A stretch of 64,000 bases of DNA, taken from Lama guanicoe. Lineage: Eukaryota. The first letter of the stretch is position 1; each line of letters begins with the position of its first letter. Below, in pieces: positions 53,692 through 64,000 of the stretch. The stretch covers positions 1,819,058 to 1,883,057 of the forward strand of contig MU053487.1 of assembly GCA_013239625.1 (NCBI GenBank), given 5' to 3'. Position numbers and translations under genes: made by a program. Under the pieces are notes generated by a model. That model was not told the origin of the DNA. It worked only from the letters and a program-made list of their open reading frames with translations, and ran no database searches.

Positions 53692-53846
53692 AATTTATTT
53701 ATTTTTTAAATTTTTGTTGTTGTTGTTGTTGTTTGGGGGAGGTAATTTGGTTTATTTATTTATTTATTTTTAATGGAGGTACTGGGGATTGAACCCAGGA
53801 CACTGTACATGCTAAGCATGCACTTTACCACAGCTATGCTCTCCCC
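53692..53846 (-). mobile_element. tRNA-Ala-derived SINE (camelid Vic-1-like)
   Basis: The minus strand reads gcatgcttagcatgtac..gtcctgggttcaatccccagtacctcca with an A-rich tail; ttctgat flanks both sides (53684-53690, 53850-53856). Same family as 63342-63504. Confidence 0.9.
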
Positions 53847-55384
53847 TGCTTCTGATTAGTTTAGACTGGGACTCTGAACATGTTCAGTCTGAAGACCCTG
53901 ATCCCATTGCATCAGTTGCTCCTTCCCAGGACTCTTTGTTATCTTTCCCTGTTTTCCCTGGTCTCTGCAAGATAGCACCCTGGGGATTTTCAAAGTGCCT
54001 GGCCATGGCCTCCTTCTCAGTACCATCTTCAGGACTCCTACTCCTGCACCAGGAGAAAACTGGTTTGACTCTTGGCCATAGACTGTGCTGTGTCCTACCA
54101 GACATGCTCTGTCTAGATCTGGATCCTATGGCCCAGAACAGTCACAGTTAGTTCCCCGTAAGATGTGAGGGTCTTGGGGAGCGTCATCCACAGACAACCC
54201 TAAAGCATCTGTAATTAATGGCCTGGAGAGCAGAGAAATTCCTCCACGCACTTAAGCAACTGTAGCGTCTTCCTTCTGTGACTTTGAAAGATCAATTTGT
54301 AGCCCAAGTGTAGAGGAGAGAGACAAAAGATGAATGGCTAAGACTGGAGTTTGCTTTGTAGTGTCCTACAGCGAGGCTACCCACCACCCTTGCTCCGGAA
54401 AGAATACACTGATGTTAACTAGTATCTCTTTTTAGTGAGCACAATTTGTTCTCACATGGAGGGGTTTCTTGGCAGGGATCCCTAGGAAAAATGTACTATT
54501 TTTTCCATCTTTCATTTTTTGCCTTCATTAGTTTCCTGTAGTGCTTCTCCCTGCACCTCTTTTCAGTTTATTAAAGCTCATCTTGTGGAAATTATCTTAC
54601 ACTAAAGAACATAAATAAACTTTTACTTAGCAAGCTGTGGAAATCAGGGATATGCAGCAAAGATGACTGAGCTCATTAAGCGGCGAAGTCACTAATGCTG
54701 TCTCACTCATGACTCATCCATTTCACCGATGCTTTAACAGAACAGGAGGCGCCACTTCTCCCTGGGTCATCAAATTGTTCTCTACAGGTGTCACAGCAGA
54801 CAGAAGACAGGGTAGGCCAGCCCAAGAGCCCTGGTATTTCAGGAGACCCAAAGGGAGTGTCATCACTGACAGCTCCAGGTTTGTGGATTAGTTCTCCCAG
54901 GCTCTTCCCTTCCTTCTCCCTCGATAAGGGAGCAGAAGGGGGTGGTAAGAGGCACACGAGTTTAGGAGATCCTCTGAAATGGGAGTTTCAGACTCAGCAC
55001 TTGGTGGGAACTAGTTCAGGGGATACAGAAAGCAGCATCTCTCATTTACACTGTGCACTAGTTTATTTCCACTATGAACCTATGTTTACAAAGTTAGCGC
55101 AACACTGATTCTACCGCTGGTCCTACTGGAAGCATCCTTTACTCCAAATCGTTGAAAGAACTTGGAATACCTATTGTCACACTTTTTGTTCAAGTTCTTG
55201 TAACAGGAAATATGCAGAAACTGATTTTCTGACTCTGAGTCAGGTAAGGAATCTGACAGAGTCTTCTATACACCCGTGGGAACAGACTGCAGGAAATTAT
55301 CATCTGTAGTTACATAAATTAATGGCAAATTTTCAGCTTCTAGATCACATGGACAACAGCTAGAAAAGAAAACTGTTTCAAGAG

Positions 55385-55545
55385 AAGTATAGTTGATTTA
55401 CAGTATTATATTAGTTTCAGGTGTACATGGTAGTGATTCCGTATTTTATAGTTCATACTCCATTAAAAGTTATTATAAGATAATGGCTATAATTTCCTGT
55501 GCTATGCAAGATACCCTTTTTTGCTTATTTTATACATAGTAGTTA
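55385..55545 (-). mobile_element. Short LINE-1 3' end
   Basis: gaagtatagttgatttacagtattatattagtttcaggtgtaca...tttcctgtgctat. Confidence 0.85.
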
Positions 55546-55799
55546 ATGTTTGAAGTGGACTTACTGAAAAGTGGACTTACTTAAAATACAGACTGTGTGG
55601 CATACAAGGAATTCACTTTGGTGGACCTTGCGAGATGGGGGTGGCACCTCACAGGGCTGGACCATCACCCTCTACAGCAGCTGGTTTGCAGCGGAGCTGT
55701 TCCTCACTGGAGGTGCTGCAAGGTGAGTAGCTCCACTTATTGATTTCTGTAACAGCAGCTAATGATTCCCTGGTAATGACTCTGGTGGAGAATCTAGCA

Positions 55800-56050
55800 A
55801 TGCCATAATAACTAGCATTTTCTCAGCTGTGTGTGTGTCTGGCACAATTTTAAAACTTCGATTGTGCCGTGTCATCACATCTCCAAAATAATCCCATGTG
55901 TTAGGTATTATTGTTACCCATCCCTCTTCCCATTTCACAAAGGAGAAAAGAAGGACCAAGATAAAGATCATACAGCTAGTAGGTATCAGTGCCGGGAGTG
56001 AAGACAAGGCTGCTTAACCCGAAAGCTGTTGTACTTGACAGCTACCTTCC
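55800..56050 (-). mobile_element. MIR SINE
   Basis: taggtattattgtt...cccatttcacaaaggagaaa...aagatcatacagctagtagg. Confidence 0.7.
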
Positions 56051-57611
56051 AAGATGTTACAAGTCAGAATCACAATCTTTGCATATACATCCCTGGTAAA
56101 GGAGAGGATACACGAGTCAGCAAAGCAAGCAGCAGGCTGCGATTAGGAGAAGCAGGGTAGTATGTCACTGAACCTCGAGAGGGTAGAGGAAACCCTTCAC
56201 GGAGCAATCAGACTTAACCAACAGTACTGACAAGGACCAAGGACACCACTTCAACTTTCTCTGTTTGGGGCACAAAAATGCAATGGAGGGTCAGCTTGAA
56301 TCAGAACAAGAAACCCAGTACCTCTTTGTACAGGTTTTCTCCCCTCTATTCAGTAAGGGGGAGGGGACAGCAAGGAGAAAAGGAATAGCTAGAGTTTGAC
56401 TGATTCTCCAGTGCAGAGTGGTAAATGACCCTTCTCAGAAATGACTTCATGGGGACATCAAAAGAAAACCTCAGCTAGGTGGCATGTGCCCAAGTAAAGC
56501 TGGAATTCTATTACTAAAGAAAGCTAGGCGGTCCAGCCCCAGCAGTTTTAGGAGGCACTCCTCGCATTCAGCGCAAATGCAGAACTAGTTTAATCAACAG
56601 ATCCTGGAGGCACAAGGGCTGGATTCTTAAATTTGTTGGCTGGGAAAATAGCTGGGTGGGCTTTGTTTTATTTCCTGATTATAAAATGAATACATCTTTA
56701 TCCTGGAAAATACTTGAATTTGCACAACTGTATAAAGAAATCTAAATCACCCAGATAGCTACCCATCTGAGGCACCACTGTCAACTGACACGACTTTTTC
56801 ATACCCTCCATCCACTGCCAACTTCAGACCCCACGTGAACCACTGGAGACTGAGGATACTATTCACAATTAAGGGAGGTGTACAGCTCGTGCTGAAAGCA
56901 TCTAAGAAGGAAATTCTCTTTCCCCTTCTCAGGCTCTGAACAACCACTGCTCCCCTTGTGACGGACAATTTGATTAAGGAAGATTCAGAGTAAAGTTGAC
57001 GTGTTATCGGGGCAAAGCATTTTTATACAGCCCTCAGAGATAAGACTGACTGGTGAGGAAATGTGTGCTGTTCCAGGGTAGCCAGAGCAAAGATCTTCAG
57101 ATAGCGGTTCCTTTGTTAGCTTCATGCCAAACTCAACAAAGTACCTAAGAGAAAGAAATGAATTGGCAAACCACTTGCTGATCAAATCTTTTTCTATTTC
57201 AGGGCTGTCACCCTTTGAGGGAAGATAGTGGGTGAAAAGGTGCCACTTCCCATCACAGAAAGTTCCAAGGCACAGAAGGTTCCTTCTCAAGGCTTTATTC
57301 CTTTGTGTCAGTAGAAAGCCCTTCTCCAAGTTCTTCCAAAAATTGAAACTAAAATGAGATGAGATCAGGAACAGCTTTCACCAGATTTTCCTCTCTGCAA
57401 CTGTATAGTGTGTTTGTGTTTCTGCTGGGTGCTATAATAACTGTACACATGCGCACATGCACAGAAATACATCTCTTTGATGCATTCACCACTCAGCCAA
57501 TATTCACTGATCACCTACGTCCCAGGGTTATTTTAGTTTCTTCTATGACAATGAAAATGAGACAAGAGGGAAAGGGGCAGGGCAGAACCATGGAAAGAAA
57601 GACACAGCCAT

Positions 57612-58052
57612 TGAGGATACTACATAAACTGGACAGAACCAACCAGGCCCAAGACTGCAGAAGATCTGACTTCCTGGAGAACTTAAGCCCCATTACAGGC
57701 TGACTGTAACACATTAAGCTGGTAAATGACACACCCACAGGCACCATGACAGTTCCCAGGCTGACCATAAAAGGTCAGAAAGTGTGTAGGGGGTGGACAA
57801 TTCCTGGAAGTCCCCACCCCTTTCCCAAAACAGTTGCAATAATCCTTCCATTTGTTAGCATATGAAATTACCCCACTCGTAAAAACTAACCACCCTCGAA
57901 CCCCGGGGCCATCCTACCTTCTGAGACAGACCGCATTCTATGGAATGTGCATCTCTCTTAGTAAACTTGTTTTTACTTTACCACAGTAAAGCATATTCAG
58001 CTCACTCTTAAATTCTTTCCTGCACAAGACATGAACCTACTCGCAGGTAACA
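57612..58052 (+). mobile_element. ERV1 solo LTR, MER41-like, nested in a LINE-2
   Basis: TG...CA termini; atgacacacccacaggcaccatgacagtt and ctcttaaattctttcctgcacaaga..gaacc match recalled MER41-type LTRs. Confidence 0.8.
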
Positions 58053-58490
58053 AAAGCACCGTCGGCTCTGAAGGGCTTGTATTTTAGTAAGAGATACAGA
58101 CAACAACAAATATTATCTAATATAATTCCAAGTATTGTGTAGCACAATGGGAGAAACTTAAAAAAGCATCATGTGGACGTGATGAGATGCTTCTATTCTG
58201 AACAAGACAGGCAGAATCCACAAAGGAGGTGTCTTTCAGCAGAGGTTTGAATTAAATGAGGGGGCAAGACCATGGACGACTGGAAGAAAAACAAACCACA
58301 CAGAGGGAAGAGTGAGTACAAAGACCTTGGGAAGGGGGACGTGGGAGGGATGCGGGGAGGGACAAATTTGCTTGGACTCTTTAAAAACCAGCATAAGACA
58401 GGCCTTGTGGCTGCAATGAGGGAGAGAAAAGAGAAGTGAGAAGAAAGACCTCTAGAAATCAGATAAGCAAAGCCTGAGACACCATGAAAA
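58053..58490 (-). mobile_element. LINE-2 fragment (continues from about 57480-57611)
   Basis: Antisense L2 motifs ggaggtgtctttcagcagaggtttgaa and agtgagtacaaagaccttgg. Confidence 0.65.
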
Positions 58491-58499
58491 GACATCACC

Positions 58500-59030
58500 A
58501 AGGAAGCCACTCTCTGGTTTCTCCCCACCTCTGCAGCCCTGAAGTCTGAACTCCTTCACGGGACAGCCACCATCTCTGATGATCTGGACGCCACCCACCG
58601 CTCCAAGCCCTGTGCATGTTCACACTTCTCTGCGCCTGGACTGAGCTATCTGGTGCACCCAGCTCCCACATCCTTCCTGGCCTCTCTGCCTCTGCACAGG
58701 CAATTTCCCCAGCCTTGAAAGCTTTTCTCCATACTGACCTGGTGAATTATGACCTGTCTGAGAAAAAACACCTTTTATGTGAGGCTTTTCCTGGCTCACA
58801 CAGGAAACCACTCTTTTCTATATGCCGCTTCTATTTCTAGCACATCTGATAGCTGCTTGTGGTAATTATTCATCTGTATTACTGCTTCTCGCACAAAAAG
58901 ATGAACTGTGTGCAGTCACAAACTAGCTCTTGATCTTTAGATCCCTTATGCTTAGCACAAGGCCCCATGCATGGAAAATAATAATAATAATAATAATATA
59001 ATAATATACATGAATAAGTGAATGAGCTCA
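58500..59030 (+). mobile_element. LINE-2 3' end
   Basis: Pyrimidine-rich body ending tgaataagtgaatgag. Confidence 0.55.
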
Positions 59031-61589
59031 TGAGTGCCTAAATCAACGAAAAATTGTGTGAATGGATTTGGGGTTTGTTTTACTTCAGGCCAATGATACA
59101 AAAAGTCATCACAAAATGGACTTCTCTTTCATTCTCATTCAGCCAAGAAGACAATTTTTTTCTGAACTTTTTCTTTTTTCTAATAGAAAACTGCAAGTGA
59201 AGTGAATGTCAAGAATGTTCTATGCATGGAAAATATAATAACTACATAACACACCTGTCAAAATGGTGTTTAAAATAAAATGCTAACAGACCCATATAAC
59301 TGAAGAGGCTTTGTGGGAGTTGCTATTATAAAGCAGTTTTTAACGCTCTGCAAAGAAAATTGTCACCTACGTGAAACTTTTAGAGCAACTGTGATTTAGA
59401 GTTGGAAACTGAACTTGACACTACCAGTAAGCCATTTCAAACACTTCATAAAATCTGATCATTAGTTTGCAAATCTACAGAATGGGCCAACTCTTACGTG
59501 CTAAGGGCTGGATAGGAAGGAAATAAAAGGCATTTCAGACTAAAGTTTTTCTTAAAATATAGCCCTTTATTTAGGGTAAATGTCTAAATTTAAAACAGAA
59601 TGTTAAATATATGAAATTACTACGTGCTTAAAGATTGTACAGGAGTAATAAATGATTTTCAACATGATTCAGTGATCAAATTAAGTTGGAAGTAAACTCC
59701 CCCCATAAAACTTAAGATACTAAAAATCAAAGGCAGGCTTAGAAAATAAACATTTTTTCTTGCTCTATTCATGTCCAACATCTCTCGTCTCACTTTTCTT
59801 CCTCAGTAGCAGTTGTTCTATGTGCTGTTGGTCCTCTCTCTCTGGCCAGGGCAGGGACAGGGTTGCTGCAGCCAAGTCTGTAAGGGGAAATGCCTGCAGT
59901 GAACCCGCGGTGGACGTGGAAATCGTGGATACGGTTAGAGCTAAGCCAGGTGATTTGGAGGTGGACGTCTAAATGGGTTACTGAATGGAGGAGCCAAAAA
60001 AGGGCTTGATACCCGGCATTTACAGCCAGAAGTGGGGCAGGGAAGATGTGGAAAGGAAAGCAAGAGGAAACACAGCTACCACTTACTCATGGCCCCATGT
60101 TGTCAGGCACTATGTTAAGTACCAGAAGCAGAGAGCAAGCAGTTAGCCAGCAGCATCCAGGCACCTGCCTGGAGTAGGCTTGATAATCCGCTGAAGTGAA
60201 TTCCTGGCACAGGTGGTTTGGTTCACAGGAGAACCTGCTGGTGGTAACGTGAATAGTCACTATTTTCTGTGACATTACATCCCCTCGATTCTCTTCTTAT
60301 CACTGGTATTTTTCCTTCTCTGAGTTTTTAGTCTGTCATTCTAATCATGGGTCCCTAAGCCACAGTCATTAGCCCTCTGATGTTCTCTCATGCTCTCCCT
60401 CTCCCTAATTGGCTGAGAACACTCTCAACACTTCAAACAGGATGTCTAATGACAATCTGCAGATCTTTAGCCATTCTTCCCAATCAACTAAATGTAGTCA
60501 TCGCCATCTGGATGTCCCACCATCACTCAAACTTAGCAGAGCCTTTTCATCACCTTCAAAGCAACTTCTCAAGATATTAAGGGAATTATATACTCTAGAG
60601 TTATTTTAGACATATTCTATTTATTAATTTATTCACTCTTCTTAGATTCCAGGGTGGGTGATGCTAGGGTTTGTGTCTTGTCTATACAGTGTTGCTTACA
60701 GCATCTACTACAATGTTTGGCACGAGGAGGGACCCATCACTTGTTAAAGTTTATTGAATGATTTCTGTGTTTAAGTAACTATTAGGAAACTGAATAGCTA
60801 AGAAAACATAATTTAGTTAAAATATTTTGGACTGTTCAGAAAATATTTCTAGCAATATTTTCAACCCTGGAGTCTCTATGTTCATGAGTTGTTTTTAAAA
60901 TATCAAGGAACATAAAACATATCATATTTTGTTGAGCAAAATATATACCTACATATATATGGAAAGACAGAATGATTTAAATTGCAGTATCATTTGTAGC
61001 AACAAGCAGAAACCACAGAAATATACATTAATGAGAGCTGGTAAAAGAAAGTGTGGTACATCAACAAAATAGCACATTACATTAAATACCCTCTGTGTGT
61101 GTGTGTGTGTCTGTGTGTCTGTGCGTGTGTGTGGATGACAAAATACAAGATGCAGAACAGTGTGTATATTATGATGATGATGATGCTTGGATTTACCAGA
61201 AAAATTCACACTGTACAAGAAATTGGGAAATCAGAATTATAGCTAGAGCTAAAGTTAGGGTTTGGGACAGGAGCTTCAACGTCAAACACATCTAGATTAA
61301 ATTTTCACTGTATACTCTTTCCAATACTTGAATTTTTCATAGATGCTTATAATAGCTTTAAAAACATCTCCAGCTGGGTTAAGTTAAACCAAAATTATTA
61401 AAACTACAGAGAAATCTGAGACAATAAGGCTTAATATTCAAATAAAATCAGAGCCAATTTCAGAATATGTCTTTAGAAGATTTTTCTGGGAATATGACAT
61501 TCTGGCTCAAGAGATGAAAGTGAATTTCCCTAAATAGTTAAGACCTTTTCATAATGTCTTTCCTGTTCTTTGCAGCTCACGTGACTATG

Positions 61590-63690
61590 AAGTATTCAAT
61601 ATTTTGTCCATTTTTCTAGCTGGGTAGCTGGTTTTCCTCCTACTGAGTTGTAAGACTTCTTTATGTAATCGTGATTTACTTATTTATTCATCAGATACGT
61701 GACTTGCAAATATAACTTCCCAGTCTGTATAGCGCCTTTTCATCCTCTTAAGAGTATCACTTGAAGAGCCAAAGATTTTCATTTTGAAGAAGTATAATTT
61801 ACATTTTTTTCTATATAGATTATGCCTTTGATATTGTATATAAAAATTCATTGCCAAACCCAAGGTCACACAGATTTTCTCCTGTATTTTTCTTGAAGTT
61901 TTATAGTTTTATGTTTTATATTGACATCTAGGATCCATTTTTAGCACTTTTGTATGAGTCGTAAATGTCAAGGTTTTTTGTTTTTTAGGGCTTTCTTGCA
62001 TTTGGACATCCGATAATGTCAGCATTATTTGTCGTAAAGACTGCCCTTTATTAAACTGTCTTTGACTCTTTATCAAAAAAAAAAAGGATCTGATTACATT
62101 TTGTGGGTACATTTCTTGGCTTTCCCTTTTGTTCGACTCATAAATTTAACCAATTTTTCCTTTCCCCAACAAACACTGTTTTGATAATTGCAGTTGATGG
62201 TAAGTCTTGATATCGGGATAATTTGAGTCCACGAATTTTGCTTTTCTTTTCAGAATGGTTTTATCTATTCTAGAAGCTTTGCCCTACCATGTAACTTTTA
62301 GATTGGCTTGTCATTACCTAAAATAGTTTGCTATGATTTTGATTGAGATTTTCTTCAATCTATAGATCAAACTAAAGAGAACTGGCATCTTAACAATACT
62401 GGATATTCAACTCATGACCATGAAGTATCTCTTCATTATTTAGATCTTTGATTTCTTTTAACTTCTTTTAATCAATGTTTTAAACATGAAGATTCTGCAC
62501 ATACTCTGATGTAGTTATATATAGTTCATTATTTTGGTGCTACTGTGATAATATTGTTTGTTTGTTTTATTTCCCTAGCAGTTTCAAGTTCCAAATGCAT
62601 GCTGCTAGCATACAGAACATTTGGTTTTTATGTAGTGATCTGACATCCCATATCCATGTTCATCTCACTTATTATTATTAGTTCTAGGAGCATTTTCGCA
62701 GATTCTTTGGGGCTCTCTATACAGACATTCAAGCTGTCTTTAGGTATAAAAGGTATCATTTCTTCCTTTCTACTTTGTATTTCTTTTTTTTCCCCTTTAT
62801 TGTGCTGGTTAGGTTTTCCTGTTTGATATTAGATAGGAATGCTGTGAGAAGACATCCTGACCTTATTTCTCATCTTTGGGGAAAAGATCATACATGTGAT
62901 CATCAGTAAGTATGAAGCAAGAGGTAGATTTTTTCCTATGTGCTCTTTTGTAGGTTAGGGATGTTTCCTTCTATTCCTATTTTGCTGAGACTTTTTTATC
63001 GTGAATGGATGTTGAATTTGGCAAAATGTTTCCTTTTTGTAACTACTGAAACAATCATGATTCTCTTATTCAGTCTGTTAATACTGTGAATATCAATGAC
63101 TGACTTTGTAAATGCTGAATCGGCCTTGCATTCCTGGGATAAACTCCATTTGGCTGTGATACTTTATCCTTTTATATATTGTTGGATTTGGTTTATTGAC
63201 ATTTTATCAAGGATGTTTGTGTTTATTTTCATGAGGGATATTGAGCTATAGTTTTCTTGTAATGGCTTTGCTTTTAGTTGAAGTTAATGCTGGACTCATA
63301 AAATGAGTTCAGAACTACTGTCTTAAAATTTTTTTTAATTTGCATTTTTTAAAGTTTATTTATTTAATTATTTTATTTTTTGGTTGGGGGAGGTAATTAG
63401 GTTTACTTAGTATTTATTTATTCTTAGAGGAGGTAATGGGGATTGAACCCAGGACTTCATGCATGCGAAGCATGAGCTCTACCACTTGAGCTATACCCTC
63501 CTCCTCATTTTTTTTTTAATTTATGGAAGAGATTTTGTAGTAATCTTATTATCTACCCCTTAAATATTTGGTAAAATTAACCAGTGAAAAAATTTGTAAC
63601 TGGTAAAATTTACCAGTGAGACACTCTAGATCTAGGGGTCTTTTTTCCTTACTTTTGAAAGATTTTGAATAAAAAATTAACATTTTAATA
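61590..63690 (-). mobile_element. Old LINE-1 ORF2 fragment
   Basis: ORF 61684..61869 (TLKRMKRRYTDWEVIFASHVSDE) and antisense motifs ccttgcattcctgggataaa and gaatggatgttgaattt. Confidence 0.9.
63342..63504 (-). mobile_element. tRNA-Ala-derived SINE (camelid Vic-1-like), nested in L1
   Basis: A box TAGCTCAAGTGG, B box GGGTTCAATCC and an A-rich tail; ttttttttaattt is repeated on both flanks. Confidence 0.92.
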
Positions 63691-63694
63691 GATA

Positions 63695-64000
63695 GGGTGG
63701 GGGTGGATCAAGATGGTGGAGTAGGAAGACCCTGAGCTCACCACCTCCCACAGGCACACCAAAATCCTAACGCCTTACAGAGCAACTGTCTATGAGAATG
63801 ACCTCAAGATCAGAATAAAAGATTTTTAACAGCTAAAGATACAAAGAGCGAGCCACAACGGGACAAGAAGGAGAAGCAGAGATGCAGTCCAGTCAGGACC
63901 CATCCGCCTGCAGGGGCACCCACAAGTAGGAGGGATATTACAACCACAGAGTTCCTCCTTGGAGGGCAGGGCATCTGAGCCCCACATCAGGCTTCGCAGC
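63695..64000 (+). mobile_element. LINE-1 5'UTR start (element runs off the window)
   Basis: G-rich start followed by caagatggtggagtaggaagaccctgagctcacc, resembling laurasiatherian L1 5' ends with the YY1-type AAGATGG motif. Confidence 0.75.

Noticed and set aside
53774..53846. tRNA-Ala gene
   Set aside because: The D arm is partly deleted, and the A-rich tail and flanking repeat identify a SINE.
56985..57144. Strong minus-strand acceptor followed by an open frame (YFVEFGMKLTKEPL...)
   Set aside because: Peptide not recognised; the only nearby donor is weak and gives a 94-nt exon, so support is insufficient.
63569..63620. Short duplication and near-palindrome actggtaaaatttaccagt
   Set aside because: Local duplication of a known L1 ORF2 segment inside an old L1; no sign of function.
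1..64000. CRISPR arrays, operons, rRNA, mitochondrial insertions or non-retroviral viral inserts
   Set aside because: I saw no regularly spaced repeat arrays, gene-dense stretches or recognisable homologs; the sequence is typical mammalian non-coding DNA.

Overview
This is non-coding, repeat-rich mammalian genomic DNA, either a large intron or intergenic sequence. It is most likely from a camelid (Camelus, Vicugna or Lama), judged from two tRNA-Ala-derived SINEs resembling the camelid Vic-1 family and from young LINE-1 3' ends of cetartiodactyl type. I could not support any host protein-coding exon, RNA gene or gene symbol. Every ORF with a recognisable product is decayed retroelement sequence: LINE-1 ORF2 in the ORF track, plus a frameshifted ERV-L reverse transcriptase remnant read by eye. 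The window holds six young 5'-truncated L1 copies of two 3'UTR types, two of them with 5' inversions, and the 5' end of a possibly full-length L1 at the right edge. It also holds older L1M, L2 and MIR fragments, Tigger and hAT DNA transposons, and several solo LTRs. I found no convincing novel biological system. The best leads are an ERV-L LTR-RT fossil, a MER41-like LTR carrying a STAT GAS motif, a strongly GC-shifted old L1, a recent tandem duplication, and a few unassigned candidate exons and repeat-free blocks. Repeat family names come from recalled consensus sequences, not from a database search, and boundaries of old repeats are approximate.
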